47,192 nt of DNA from an uncultured bacterium (GTDB taxonomy: Bacteria; Patescibacteriota; Saccharimonadia; Saccharimonadales; Saccharimonadaceae), in contig CAURQO010000001.1 of NCBI GenBank assembly GCA_963527165.1, positions 1 through 47,192 on the forward strand, written 5' to 3'. Below, piece after piece: positions 28,644-38,386 of the stretch. Position numbers and translations under genes: made by a program. Position 1 is the stretch's first letter. The number at the start of each line of letters is the position of its first letter. Under the pieces are notes generated by a model. That model was given only the letters and a program-made list of their open reading frames with translations, did not search any database and had not been told where the DNA came from.

Positions 28644-28959
28644 AACGGAATATTCATTTTTACGAGTTAATCGCGGGAATGTTTACGGTAACACGATTGA
28701 AGAAGAGCTGACGAACCGAAAAGGAGTGTTTCGTGAAAAATCTGGAATGAGACGAGGCACGAATGGTGAAGAGTTTGCAGAAAATTCAACACTGTTCGTA
28801 AAACCTGAAGATATTCCAGTAGATGCCGTAGGTAACGGTATTCGAATAAATCACAAAACATACACTATTATTGCGATGCACGAAGGCAAGAATTTTGATA
28901 CTAACGAAGTGGAACATTTAAAATTAACCCTAGAAAGGGCGAGCTATGGCGAAAGTTAA
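28618..28959 (+). CDS. Putative head-closure protein
   Basis: Synteny, beta-rich ~113 aa. Confidence 0.55.
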   Translation: MRIFDTFSETEYSFLRVNRGNVYGNTIEEELTNRKGVFREKSGMRRGTNGEEFAENSTLFVKPEDIPVDAVGNGIRINHKTYTIIAMHEGKNFDTNEVEHLKLTLERASYGES

Positions 28960-29278
28960 GGTGACTTTTAACAGCAAAATGAAAGCTTATTTGCAAGTTC
29001 AGCGATTGAATATGCAAAAAGAGCTTGAGGCTAAGGCGGAAAAAACGCTTGGTCGAGCTCGAATACTCGCTCCTGTTCTATCTGGTGATCTAAAAATGAA
29101 TGGTCGAGTGGAAAAAATACCAAATGGGGTTTCTGTGGTATTTGGTGATAGTCGAATACCTTATGCTCGGCGACGGCACTTTGAAAACCGCAAAAATCCA
29201 GCAACGATAAACTATTTGGAACGAGCTGGCAATCAGACTAAGAAAGAAGGCTTTATAATTATGAAAGGAGATAAATGA
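28946..29278 (+). CDS. Neck/tail-completion protein (HK97 gp10-like)
   Basis: APVLSGDLK, PYARRRHFE, YLERA. Confidence 0.7.
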   Translation: MAKVKVTFNSKMKAYLQVQRLNMQKELEAKAEKTLGRARILAPVLSGDLKMNGRVEKIPNGVSVVFGDSRIPYARRRHFENRKNPATINYLERAGNQTKKEGFIIMKGDK

Positions 29279-29658
29279 TTACGCTAAATTTGCTAAAACT
29301 CCTTGAAAATAACGGATTTGGTAAGATTGATAAAAACCTTTTCTGGCAGAAGCTTGGCCTTGGTAAAACTGGCTTGTATATCTCGAACATATCAGTGAGT
29401 GGAGAGCGTGGCAAACGAAGAGTTCAGCATTATGAGATTTTCAGTATTGGTGGAAATGATGTCGAAGGCTTGAAAAAGCTTGAATCTGTTGCTGAATTTT
29501 TACGAGAAAACTACGCAATTAATGAATTACCAGCCGTGGATGGAATTTGTGAAAAAGTTCGGAATGTGGCGATTATGCCACCCTCTACGATTTCGAATGT
29601 AGGAGAGAATAGCCAAGGAAGAGTGGTTTATTCAATAAGTGGAGAGATAATTTATTAA
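29275..29658 (+). CDS. Putative tail terminator
   Basis: Synteny, directly before the major tail gene. Confidence 0.55.
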   Translation: MITLNLLKLLENNGFGKIDKNLFWQKLGLGKTGLYISNISVSGERGKRRVQHYEIFSIGGNDVEGLKKLESVAEFLRENYAINELPAVDGICEKVRNVAIMPPSTISNVGENSQGRVVYSISGEIIY

Positions 29659-29676
29659 CAATAAAGGAGTCAAAAA

Positions 29677-30222
29677 ATGGCAACGACATATGAAAAAACA
29701 TTAAATGCTGGACTTTGGGAACTTGCTCTGGGTGATGTTCTAATTCCTGCTGAACTTTTGGGCGATATTAAAACTAAAATCGCTCTTAAAACAGTTGAAA
29801 AAGACACTCAAGCGGGAACTTCGAAACGCCGAACTAATGTAGTGGACACTGCGGAGGCAACTTTTACGCTTTATGTTCCAAGTTTGGATTTCTTGGGTAA
29901 AATATTCCCTGAATATTATACAAGAAGCACTGCTGGTGGTGGCGCGGTAACCTTTGGCGGTAAAAATGTAAAAGTGGCTGAAATGCCAGTAAATATGCAT
30001 CAAAAAGGCGCTGAAACTGATGAAAATGATGTGCATTTCTTTAAAGCAACAGTTAATGTGGATTTTGAGCTATCTCAGACAACAAGCGATGATCCGAGTG
30101 TAGAAATTACATTGAATGCACAACCAACTGACAAGGGCTATGTGCGACTTGGAACTGGCGACCTAACAAAAAAGTCGATTTATGATGTTGCAACACAGGC
30201 GACAAAAGCAGTAACTGGGTAG
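29677..30222 (+). CDS. Putative major tail protein
   Basis: Strong RBS, size, T/G-rich beta character and synteny. Confidence 0.7.
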   Translation: MATTYEKTLNAGLWELALGDVLIPAELLGDIKTKIALKTVEKDTQAGTSKRRTNVVDTAEATFTLYVPSLDFLGKIFPEYYTRSTAGGGAVTFGGKNVKVAEMPVNMHQKGAETDENDVHFFKATVNVDFELSQTTSDDPSVEITLNAQPTDKGYVRLGTGDLTKKSIYDVATQATKAVTG

Positions 30223-30262
30223 GAATCATAGACCATTTGTAGGGGTGAAGGATTGTATATAA

Positions 30263-30309
30263 ATACCCGTAGATCGTATATTGACAAAAATACGACCTAC
30301 GGGTATAAT
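30263..30309 (+). promoter_or_regulatory. Consensus sigma70 promoter inside a 17-bp inverted repeat
   Basis: TTGACA (30281-30286)-N17-TATAAT (30304-30309). Arms ATACCCGTAGATCGTAT (30263-30279) and ATACGACCTACGGGTAT (30290-30306), 1 mismatch. Confidence 0.8.
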
Positions 30310-30315
30310 TTAGAT

Positions 30316-31281
30316 ATGAAAATATTTTTATCTAATCAAGATCATTTGAGGAATTTTTCAAGGTTTGTTAAATCTATTGATTTTTCTAATCCTGATTTGT
30401 TAGAGGTGGAGACTCATAAGCAATGGATAACTGCACATCCAGCCATATTGGCTTTTACGGCCGCCTTGGCTATACAAACTGGAAAGGAGAATAGTTCTAT
30501 TGAACTACCACTACCGGATAATGGTAAACACCTTGATTCTATGGGGCTTTTTAATTTTTTAAAAACAGAATCACCTTTTAAGTATGATAAGAAAGAATCA
30601 TCAGGTAGATATATACCTTTGCAGGTTATAAAAACTGCTGATGATCAGTCTAAATTTATTGCTGAAATGGTGCCATTGCTACACTTACCTGAGAAAGAAA
30701 GTAGAATTATTAAGTATATAATAGGAGAGCTCGTCAGGAATGTTCTTGAGCATTCTCAATCTAATGATGGAGCAGTGGTTGCGGCTAATTACTATCCTAA
30801 AAAAAATAAGATTAGCATAGGCATATGCGATACAGGAATCGGTATATGGAAAAGCATGAACAAATATTGGCGCCCTAAAGATGATATTTCAGCTATCAAG
30901 CTTAGTCTTACTCCGGGAATTACTGGAACTACGCATAAAGAGGGTGGAACGGTAGATAATGCTGGTGCTGGGTTATTCTTTACTAAATCTATAGCACGAA
31001 TTACGAGGAGTTATTTTACTATATTTTCTGGTAAGGCTGAATATACTCTTCTAAAAGGAGATAAGAGAAATAATGTACTTAAATTAAAAACAGATCCATT
31101 TGATGATCCGCATAGAAGCACTCTCATAGAGGGAGATTTTAAAGGCACTTTAGTTGCTATAGACATGTCCCTTAATAATACACCTGAGTTTCAAGCTATT
31201 TTAAAACTTATAAGTACAGTGTATGATAACGCTATTCGAGATCGTAAAAGAACTAAATATAAGGAACCTAAATTTCTATGA
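30316..31281 (+). CDS. GHKL/HATPase-domain protein (anti-sigma-kinase-like)
   Basis: ELVRNVLEHS (N box), CDTGIGI (G1), NAGAGL (G2), GT. Likely start ATG 30316. Confidence 0.8.
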   Translation: MKIFLSNQDHLRNFSRFVKSIDFSNPDLLEVETHKQWITAHPAILAFTAALAIQTGKENSSIELPLPDNGKHLDSMGLFNFLKTESPFKYDKKESSGRYIPLQVIKTADDQSKFIAEMVPLLHLPEKESRIIKYIIGELVRNVLEHSQSNDGAVVAANYYPKKNKISIGICDTGIGIWKSMNKYWRPKDDISAIKLSLTPGITGTTHKEGGTVDNAGAGLFFTKSIARITRSYFTIFSGKAEYTLLKGDKRNNVLKLKTDPFDDPHRSTLIEGDFKGTLVAIDMSLNNTPEFQAILKLISTVYDNAIRDRKRTKYKEPKFL

Positions 31282-31565
31282 TTGTTATGTATAAAGAAGT
31301 TGGCAGTTTTGCCGAGAATAAAGAGTTAGCTAAAAAAATACGAGAAGAAAAAATTTTACCGACATTGGCTAAAGGTGAAAAAATTACATTAGATTTTAAT
31401 AAAGTTGACGGGGCGACTCAATCTTTCGTCCACGCTCTTATTAGTGAAGCTATTAGAAGATACGGAGAAATAGCATATGAAAATATTCAATATAAAAATG
31501 CTAATGATGACGTGCAAGAGGTAATTAGGATAGTATATAGATATATGCAAGAGAGTTTGGAGTAA
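31278..31565 (+). CDS. STAS-like protein (DUF4325-like)
   Basis: ITLDFNKVDGATQSFVHALI motif, ATGA-coupled to the ATPase gene. Confidence 0.8.
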   Translation: MIVMYKEVGSFAENKELAKKIREEKILPTLAKGEKITLDFNKVDGATQSFVHALISEAIRRYGEIAYENIQYKNANDDVQEVIRIVYRYMQESLE

Positions 31566-31629
31566 AAATTGCTTGCGAATAAAATTAAAACAGACCTTCA
31601 TTGGTCTGTTCTTTTTAGGTGTGAAATAT

Positions 31630-32064
31630 TTATTTGTATTTATTATAAAGCTTTATGCACGCATTGATTCGATTCTTAGCGCTGGTAGCAGCCATTAGTA
31701 AACCGTCATAAGTGTAAGCATTCGAACCCATTTTGCCACCTTTGGTGTATTCACCTCTTAATACTAGGGTTCCTTTTGTGGTGTAAAGCATATTTTCGAA
31801 AATATATTTAGTCTTTTTGCCCGCAGAATCTTTAATTTGGCGATAATCGAAGCCTTTAATCTCTTCCCAAGAAAAAGTTTGCACAGTTTCATATTTAAAA
31901 GCTGAACCATATGAAAATTGAAGCTCTACGCCACCATTATAAGTAATTTTGAGGCGAGCTTTAGCGACTATTTCTTCTATTCCTTCGAAGTCGCCATCGT
32001 AGCTACCTAAAACATACTGGCGCATATTTAGATTTTTAATTCTTAATTTATCTATAAAATTCAT
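31630..32064 (-). CDS. Hypothetical protein, only clear minus-strand gene in the prophage
   Basis: Own promoter TTGATT-N17-TAAAAT and GAAAGG RBS. Shares a hairpin (~31588-31612) with the convergent operon. Confidence 0.7.
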   Translation of the reverse strand: MNFIDKLRIKNLNMRQYVLGSYDGDFEGIEEIVAKARLKITYNGGVELQFSYGSAFKYETVQTFSWEEIKGFDYRQIKDSAGKKTKYIFENMLYTTKGTLVLRGEYTKGGKMGSNAYTYDGLLMAATSAKNRINACIKLYNKYK

Positions 32065-32128
32065 AATATAAATACCTTTCTTATATTTAGATTTTATATC
32101 TTTTAATGTCTAAAATCAACTGTATTAG

Positions 32129-32150
32129 CTCGACTATTTAGAATTAATAT
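32129..32150 (+). promoter_or_regulatory. Late-promoter motif copy 3
   Basis: CTCGACTATTT-N5-TAATAT, restarting tail transcription after the moron. Confidence 0.7.
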
Positions 32151-32186
32151 AATTTCATAAGATTAAAATGCTGAATGGAGGATTAT

Positions 32187-32558
32187 ATGACAGCGATTAG
32201 TATTACAATTGAAGATTTAGGTGTAAAAAAACGTGACTTTGAAATTGAGGGCAAAGTCTTTACTTTTACGAAGCCAATGGCTGGACATGAGCTTGAAAAA
32301 AGCCAAATTATGTCAAAAATTGTTCGTTTACAAAATGAGATGGTTAAGATACAAAAACAGGGCGAAGAAAACCTTGATGAAACGAAAGTTGAAGAAATAT
32401 TAACTGAAATAGATAATTTGACGGAACGCTTGATAAATCACTCTGCAAAATTAGTAAGTGATGGAACACCAGAAAATCTTGGTGGTAAAGAATTTGTGTC
32501 TAAATATGGTGAAGATGGAATTAAATTATTGACCAAGCGGCTATTTGGTGAGGAATAA
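32187..32558 (+). CDS. Putative tail assembly chaperone
   Basis: GGAGG RBS, synteny before the tape measure gene. Confidence 0.6.
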   Translation: MTAISITIEDLGVKKRDFEIEGKVFTFTKPMAGHELEKSQIMSKIVRLQNEMVKIQKQGEENLDETKVEEILTEIDNLTERLINHSAKLVSDGTPENLGGKEFVSKYGEDGIKLLTKRLFGEE

Positions 32559-32562
32559 GTGA

Positions 32563-32934
32563 ATGACAAATGTTTTAGATCTATTAACAGATGAAGAGAA
32601 GAAAGAGATTAAAACTCGATATCAAGAACGCATAAAACGACGCCAAAATTCTTCTAAGCCTAAAATAACGCCAGAGATATATTTAATAGCTAAATTTGGA
32701 ATTTATTTTGGATGGGAAGCGGTGCGAGATGTTTTAAATGACAAAATTAGCCTCGAGATGATGTTTGCACTGATCGAGGGGGCAGAAAAAGTGTATTATT
32801 CTCAGCTTTGTGAGAATACGAGAGGAACTTTTGTGGCGCAGACGTCTTCTATGGCTAAAAATGGGTTTGAGGCTCAGAAATCTTTTAACACCGGAACTGA
32901 AGATTGGCGCAAACGAGCAAAAATGGAGGTGTAG
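32563..32934 (+). CDS. Putative second tail assembly chaperone
   Basis: Synteny. Confidence 0.5.
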   Translation: MTNVLDLLTDEEKKEIKTRYQERIKRRQNSSKPKITPEIYLIAKFGIYFGWEAVRDVLNDKISLEMMFALIEGAEKVYYSQLCENTRGTFVAQTSSMAKNGFEAQKSFNTGTEDWRKRAKMEV

Positions 32935-32937
32935 CTG

Positions 32938-35127
32938 ATGACTACAGTTGGAACAATTAACTATGATTTTACTGCTGATACTAAAGATTTAGACGAAAAA
33001 CTGACCAAGTCTGAGAAGGAAGTCAAAAAGAAAGCCGAGGAGCAGAAAATCGCTTATCGTGACAGTTGGTCTTCGATAGGCGATTTTGCGATTAAAGGTG
33101 CGGCAGTAGCTAGTGCTGCTGTTGGTGCCCTTGGTGCTGCTGCAGTTGGGGCATACTCAAGCTATGAACAGCTAACTGGTGGTGTGGAAACGCTTTTTAA
33201 GAGTTCTTCAAACACAGTGATGAATTATGCTAACCAAGCCTATAAGACCGCTGGAATGAGTGCGAATAAATATATGGAAACCGTGACTAGTTTTTCGGCA
33301 AGTCTTCTTCAAGGCTTGGGTGGTAACACGGAAAAAGCAGCTAAATATGCAGACAAAGCCGTGGTGGCGATGAGTGATAACGCAAACAAGATGGGAACAT
33401 CGATGGAGTTAATTCAATATGCCTATCAAGGATTCGCAAAACAGAATTACACGATGCTTGATAACTTAAAGCTCGGCTATGGCGGAACTGCTAGCGAAAT
33501 GGCTCGTTTGGTTAATGAATCTGGTGTAATGGGTAAGAGTTTTAAAGCAACGGCTAAGAATATCAATGAAGTTTCATTTGATAAGATTATTGAAGCGATT
33601 AGCGTTACTCAAGATAGGCTCGGCATTACTGGAACGACTGCAAAAGAAGCTAGCTCAACAATTGAAGGCTCTTTTAATTCGATGAAGGGAGCTTGGGAGA
33701 ACTTTATTACTGCGCTAGCTGGTGGTGGTGATTTGGAAACAACTTTCAATAATTTAGTTGAGTCGGTCAAGATTTGGCTGGGAAATTTAGTGCCTGTGGC
33801 TAAAAAGGCATTTGAGAGTATTGCTAAAGTGGCTTTTAAAGCTTTTGATGATGCGTTTAAAGATATGCCTGGTGGTGATATTATTAAATCTTTAGTTGTT
33901 GTAGTAGGAACTCTAACTGCCGCACTAACAACATTAGGTGTAGTTATGAAGATAGCAGCTGCAGCTCAAGCTCTGCTTAATTTCGTAATGGCGGCTAACC
34001 CTATTGTTTTGATAGTAATGGCTATCGCTGCTCTAGTAGCTGGTCTGGTATATTTCTTTACTCAGACGGAAATGGGAAAGAAGATTTGGCAAGACTTCTG
34101 TAATTTTATAGGTGAAGTATTTAAAAATATTGGTAACTGGCTTGGTGAAGTTGGTGCGAATATTGGCGCATTCTTCAAGGGAATTGGTGACTTTTTCGTT
34201 GGAATATGGAACGGCATAACTAGCTTGTTTAACGGGATTGTGGAATTCTTTAAACAATGGGGCTTAACTATTCTTGCGGTTATTTTTTGGCCTATATCCT
34301 TGCTAGTTGGTTTGTTCTTTACTTTTAAAGATCAGATTATTGGGTTCTTCCAGTCGGCATGGAACGGAATAGTCGCGATTTGGAATGGGGTAACAGCCTT
34401 TTTCGGTTTAGTTTGGAACGGAATTGTTGCGATATTTACACCGGTGATACAATTTTTTGGTGCGATATTTCAATCGGCATGGAATGGGATTATGGCGATT
34501 TGGAATGGTGTAGTTTGGTATTACACGACTATTTGGAATGGAATTAAAGCGGTGTTTGGTGTCGTGGCTGGATTCTTTATTGGCGTATTTACTACGGCTT
34601 GGAATGGTATAAAAAATGTCTTTTCAGGTGTGTTTGGCTTTTTTGCTGGCGTTTGGAATGGAATAGTTGGCATCTTTAAAGGTGTTGGGGACGCAATTGG
34701 CGGTGCAATTAGCGGTGCGGTTAAATGGGCTATCAATGGCGTATTGGGCTTTGCTGTTGGTATGATCAATGGCTTTATTGATATGATTAATATTGCTATT
34801 GGTATCATTAACGCTATCCCTGGGGTGCATATCGGAAAATTAGAAAAGCTTAATGTGCCACGCTTTGAGACTGGTGGTATTGTTGGCCCTCAAGGTGGTG
34901 GAAGCTTGATTTGGGCTGGTGATGGTGGCGAGAATGAATGGATCGTGCCTGAAAGCAAGATGGCGAGCCTGATTGACAAAATTAATAGTCAAACTGGCGG
35001 AACTGGTGGAAATAACTATACGATTAACGTGAGTGGAACTTTTGCAACCAGCCCTGCCGAACAACGAAAAGTAGCTGAATTGATTCGTGAGCAGTTAGAG
35101 CTAAACGATAAGAGGAGGTTTGCGTAA
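32938..35127 (+). CDS. Tape measure protein
   Basis: YEQLTGGVETLF, AMSDNANKMGT, FAKQNYTMLDNLKLGYGGT, periodic W/F repeats (WNGI). Confidence 0.93.
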   Translation: MTTVGTINYDFTADTKDLDEKLTKSEKEVKKKAEEQKIAYRDSWSSIGDFAIKGAAVASAAVGALGAAAVGAYSSYEQLTGGVETLFKSSSNTVMNYANQAYKTAGMSANKYMETVTSFSASLLQGLGGNTEKAAKYADKAVVAMSDNANKMGTSMELIQYAYQGFAKQNYTMLDNLKLGYGGTASEMARLVNESGVMGKSFKATAKNINEVSFDKIIEAISVTQDRLGITGTTAKEASSTIEGSFNSMKGAWENFITALAGGGDLETTFNNLVESVKIWLGNLVPVAKKAFESIAKVAFKAFDDAFKDMPGGDIIKSLVVVVGTLTAALTTLGVVMKIAAAAQALLNFVMAANPIVLIVMAIAALVAGLVYFFTQTEMGKKIWQDFCNFIGEVFKNIGNWLGEVGANIGAFFKGIGDFFVGIWNGITSLFNGIVEFFKQWGLTILAVIFWPISLLVGLFFTFKDQIIGFFQSAWNGIVAIWNGVTAFFGLVWNGIVAIFTPVIQFFGAIFQSAWNGIMAIWNGVVWYYTTIWNGIKAVFGVVAGFFIGVFTTAWNGIKNVFSGVFGFFAGVWNGIVGIFKGVGDAIGGAISGAVKWAINGVLGFAVGMINGFIDMINIAIGIINAIPGVHIGKLEKLNVPRFETGGIVGPQGGGSLIWAGDGGENEWIVPESKMASLIDKINSQTGGTGGNNYTINVSGTFATSPAEQRKVAELIREQLELNDKRRFA

Positions 35128-35492
35128 TGAAGATAATATTGAGCGATTCTACTAAAACTGTTGAATGGCCAATCGTTGAAGTGCCACTACCAGAAACGAC
35201 AGTGGATAATGTTAAAAAAGTTAAAACGCTTGATAACTCACTAACGACTTATGTTGTTGGTGCGAGAAAGCGAACTTGGGGACATACTTGGAACTACCCA
35301 ACCAAGGAGGAATTTGATGAGATTAAAGGCTTTTATGACCGACAAATTCAAAACCAAGAGCCAGTGAGATTGACGATTGAAGGAATGGAAAATGTGGTAA
35401 ATGTTCCAGTCTATATGGAGCTTGGCAAGCGAGAAGTGATAAGCTTTGACGGAATGGTTAAGCAAGCTGAAGTGAGCTTTACGGAGATTTAA
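35127..35492 (+). CDS. Putative distal tail protein
   Basis: Directly after the tape measure gene. Confidence 0.55.
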   Translation: MKIILSDSTKTVEWPIVEVPLPETTVDNVKKVKTLDNSLTTYVVGARKRTWGHTWNYPTKEEFDEIKGFYDRQIQNQEPVRLTIEGMENVVNVPVYMELGKREVISFDGMVKQAEVSFTEI

Positions 35493-35495
35493 TAA

Positions 35496-37040
35496 ATGCA
35501 GATTGTTAGTGAAAGGTTTAATAAGGCGTTTGCTGGTAGTATTGTGGCTTTGGATTGGCGAGCAAAGATGAGTTTTACTCGCAAAAAGAATGAATCAACT
35601 AATTGGTTCATTCTTGGCAAATCTAAATTAAACGAAACTGATCTATTGGCTACTCCAGAAGGAAACCCAGCGCAAGTTTGGGATGCTTTTCAGTATGATG
35701 ATATTTCTGATCGCTTATTGGAAATGAGCGTGGAGCGTTCAGTTAAATTTCCATATAATGTGCAGTCTGGAATAGCGGACATAAAGCTAAATAATTATGA
35801 TGATTATTTCTCATTTTTCGAAACAACAAAAAAGAGCCCGATTGCTGAATATATTCTGCCAAAACGACCTTTGAGGCTTTATTTAGGCGCAAAAAATGTA
35901 GGAACGGTTCCAGTTTTCGTTGGGAACACTGAAAAAATACCGACTTATAATAATGATAAAACGATTACTTGGTCTGCGTTAGATTTTTTGAGTGATATTG
36001 CTGAAACAAAAATTAATCGAACTGTTATGTTGAGGGATGTTTCAACCGATGCGCTCTTGAAAGAAATATTTAAACAATATGGAATGGATGAAAACCAATA
36101 CCGTATAAGTAGGGGACAAAATATAATTCCATTTGTTTATTTTAAAAATGATGACAATGTTAGCACGATATTAAAGAATTTGGTTCAGGCTGAGAACGGT
36201 TTATTGTGGCTTGATGAACAAGGGATAATTCGTTTTGAGAATCGCAGTGGCAATTTGGATAAAACGCCAGTAATGACATTTAACGCAAGTAATATTATTG
36301 ATATTGAAACAGAAAAAGCTAATGATGTGGTTAATTATGTTAGCATTAAAAGTGATGTGCGAGAAGTTCAACCACTGCAACCAATTTTCAGTGCGGAAGG
36401 TAAAAATGAGTGGGTTATTCAGCCTAGAGCTAGCTTATCGATATGGCTAACGCTTGATGACCCTGCATGGAGCGTTCGTCCTATCTCGGTTGGCCAAAAA
36501 ACTGGTGAAAGTTGGATTGATTTTAAAAAAGGCGAGAAAATTGATAATTCAGGCATTCAATTGAAAGGTGAGCTTTTTGCTGATGCCTACAAATTGACAG
36601 TTAATAACCAAGGAACAAGCCCTTCGAAGATCTCGAAAATTGAGCTATGGGGCGAGAGTGCGAAAGTCGTAGACACCATTAAATATGAGGCTTTTGATCG
36701 TGAGAGTATGGAACGCTACGGTAAAAAAGCGATCGAAATTACCGACAATCCATATTTTGGCAATTACCGAAATTGTGATTTATTTGCGACAGATATTTTA
36801 AAGAAATATGCTAGTTTTTCACCAACAATTTCAATGAAAGTTAAAGGTAATCCAGCTTTACAATTGGGAGATGTTATTAGTGTAAATTACAAAGATAAAG
36901 GTGACTATTTGGTGACAGGTATTAAGATGAGCCTAAGCAATAGCGGTTATGAAACAACTATAACTGGAAAGCCACATATTGTTTCGAAATCATTTATTTT
37001 AGATAAGTCTATTTTGGACGGAAAGGATTTATTGGCGTAA
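35496..37040 (+). CDS. Putative tail hub / minor tail protein
   Basis: LWLDEQGIIRF, SMERYGKK, GNPALQLGDVI motifs and synteny. Confidence 0.7.
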   Translation: MQIVSERFNKAFAGSIVALDWRAKMSFTRKKNESTNWFILGKSKLNETDLLATPEGNPAQVWDAFQYDDISDRLLEMSVERSVKFPYNVQSGIADIKLNNYDDYFSFFETTKKSPIAEYILPKRPLRLYLGAKNVGTVPVFVGNTEKIPTYNNDKTITWSALDFLSDIAETKINRTVMLRDVSTDALLKEIFKQYGMDENQYRISRGQNIIPFVYFKNDDNVSTILKNLVQAENGLLWLDEQGIIRFENRSGNLDKTPVMTFNASNIIDIETEKANDVVNYVSIKSDVREVQPLQPIFSAEGKNEWVIQPRASLSIWLTLDDPAWSVRPISVGQKTGESWIDFKKGEKIDNSGIQLKGELFADAYKLTVNNQGTSPSKISKIELWGESAKVVDTIKYEAFDRESMERYGKKAIEITDNPYFGNYRNCDLFATDILKKYASFSPTISMKVKGNPALQLGDVISVNYKDKGDYLVTGIKMSLSNSGYETTITGKPHIVSKSFILDKSILDGKDLLA

Positions 37041-37309
37041 TGGCGATTGAAAAAAATATTGAATTTCAGGGCGACAGAGTGGTAAATTCGCTGGGTGGAA
37101 ATATAAAACTAAACCAGACTACGGGTGAGCTGATCGTGTCGAAAAATGGAGTGATTTTGACTAAAATTAATAAGGACGGCTTTGTTTATTCGGAAGAAAA
37201 TGGCACTCGACGAATTTTGATTGGAAGGCATCCTAAAACTGGGGCTGTGGGTGAGTGGGTTAGCGTGGCTGGTGAAGATGTGATTGAGATTTTAGAGAAT
37301 GAAACCTAA
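37040..37309 (+). CDS. Minor tail protein (hypothetical)
   Basis: Translationally coupled ORF in the tail module. Confidence 0.55.
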   Translation: MAIEKNIEFQGDRVVNSLGGNIKLNQTTGELIVSKNGVILTKINKDGFVYSEENGTRRILIGRHPKTGAVGEWVSVAGEDVIEILENET

Positions 37310-37922
37310 TAAATTTATTGATCGAAGTGAATTTATTAAACCTGTTATAGTTTTTGAATATAACGGTAGCTTTATGAGTAATATTAAAACTTTTGATATT
37401 GCATATAACCTGCCGTTTGTGCCATTGATTATGGGGGAGTATAGTTTAAATAGTGATTTTTCGGATGCTCGAGATTTCCGTTTTTGGACAAGTGGAGATG
37501 AAAACTTTCTTGTGGGCGCATTAGAAAAAACTATTCGGTTTGCTATTCGAGGAGTTGATCCACCGCGAAGAGTCTATGTGCGTTTAATTGGTATCGCTCC
37601 ACCTGATTATGCTGGCGAAGTGACACCATTGAAACGAAGAATATTAAATGATTCAAGAAATAGAAGCTTGAAGATTTTAAACTTTGGAACATTTAGAGGT
37701 GATATAGTTGTTAGGCATAATTTAGGCTATTTGCCAATGGTTTATTTTTGGGAAGAAACAGTTATTTTTAGGAAAAATAATTCATCTATTCTTGACTTAG
37801 AAAAATGCTTGAGACCAAGTAGCCCTGTTAACAGCATTAATAATAACGAAGTTCATATATCTGGAAGAGGTGATGGAAAAGGCTATTATGCTATTTTTGG
37901 AGATGCAATAGATGAAAGTTAA
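37299..37922 (+). CDS. Minor tail / tip protein (hypothetical)
   Basis: Repeated (H/Y)NL.(Y/F).P motif typical of tail-tip proteins. Confidence 0.55.
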   Translation: MKPNKFIDRSEFIKPVIVFEYNGSFMSNIKTFDIAYNLPFVPLIMGEYSLNSDFSDARDFRFWTSGDENFLVGALEKTIRFAIRGVDPPRRVYVRLIGIAPPDYAGEVTPLKRRILNDSRNRSLKILNFGTFRGDIVVRHNLGYLPMVYFWEETVIFRKNNSSILDLEKCLRPSSPVNSINNNEVHISGRGDGKGYYAIFGDAIDES

Positions 37923-38304
37923 TAGTTTTGTTAAAAATTCTGATTTCTGGCAGATGTCACTTGATAGTGAAAGTGTTGTTTTGGATTTTAGCTTGCCAGC
38001 TGGAGATTTTAAGAACGGATATAAGACCAAAAGGGTTTTTCCTGGTAGAAACCGCAAAGGTTTGATTATTGATCACTATTGTTTTAATGGACAATGGGGA
38101 TCAAGAAACGAGTATAAAATTAGCTCTAATGGATTAACGAGGAATGTAATATATTTTGAGATAATTAGGCGTGATGATGACATTATTGTTACGGCTGAAT
38201 ATATGGAATTTACAGACGGAGAAGGAAGCCGAAATAATCAAACGATTTCCTCGCAGAAGGTGGATGTAAAAATTAGGATGAACTTCATTAAGAATAATTG
38301 GTAA
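37912..38304 (+). CDS. Minor tail protein (hypothetical)
   Basis: Overlapping ORF ending the tail module. Confidence 0.5.
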   Translation: MKVNSFVKNSDFWQMSLDSESVVLDFSLPAGDFKNGYKTKRVFPGRNRKGLIIDHYCFNGQWGSRNEYKISSNGLTRNVIYFEIIRRDDDIIVTAEYMEFTDGEGSRNNQTISSQKVDVKIRMNFIKNNW

Positions 38305-38317
38305 TGTGGTTTTATCA

Positions 38318-38339
38318 CTCGACTATTTATTTTTAAAAT
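38318..38339 (+). promoter_or_regulatory. Late-promoter motif copy 4
   Basis: CTCGACTATTT-N5-TAAAAT before the lysis module. Confidence 0.7.
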
Positions 38340-38386
38340 ATGAATAGATAGAAAATTACAATTTAAAGGAGAAGCTAAAAACTAAT

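Noticed and set aside
32530..32570. Programmed frameshift between tail chaperone genes
   Set aside because: No X XXY YYZ slippery heptamer seen near the stop, and the second ORF has its own GAGG and ATG.
34340..34690. TGGAA(T/C)GG repeats as a DNA repeat array
   Set aside because: Explained by the periodic WNG repeats of the tape measure protein.
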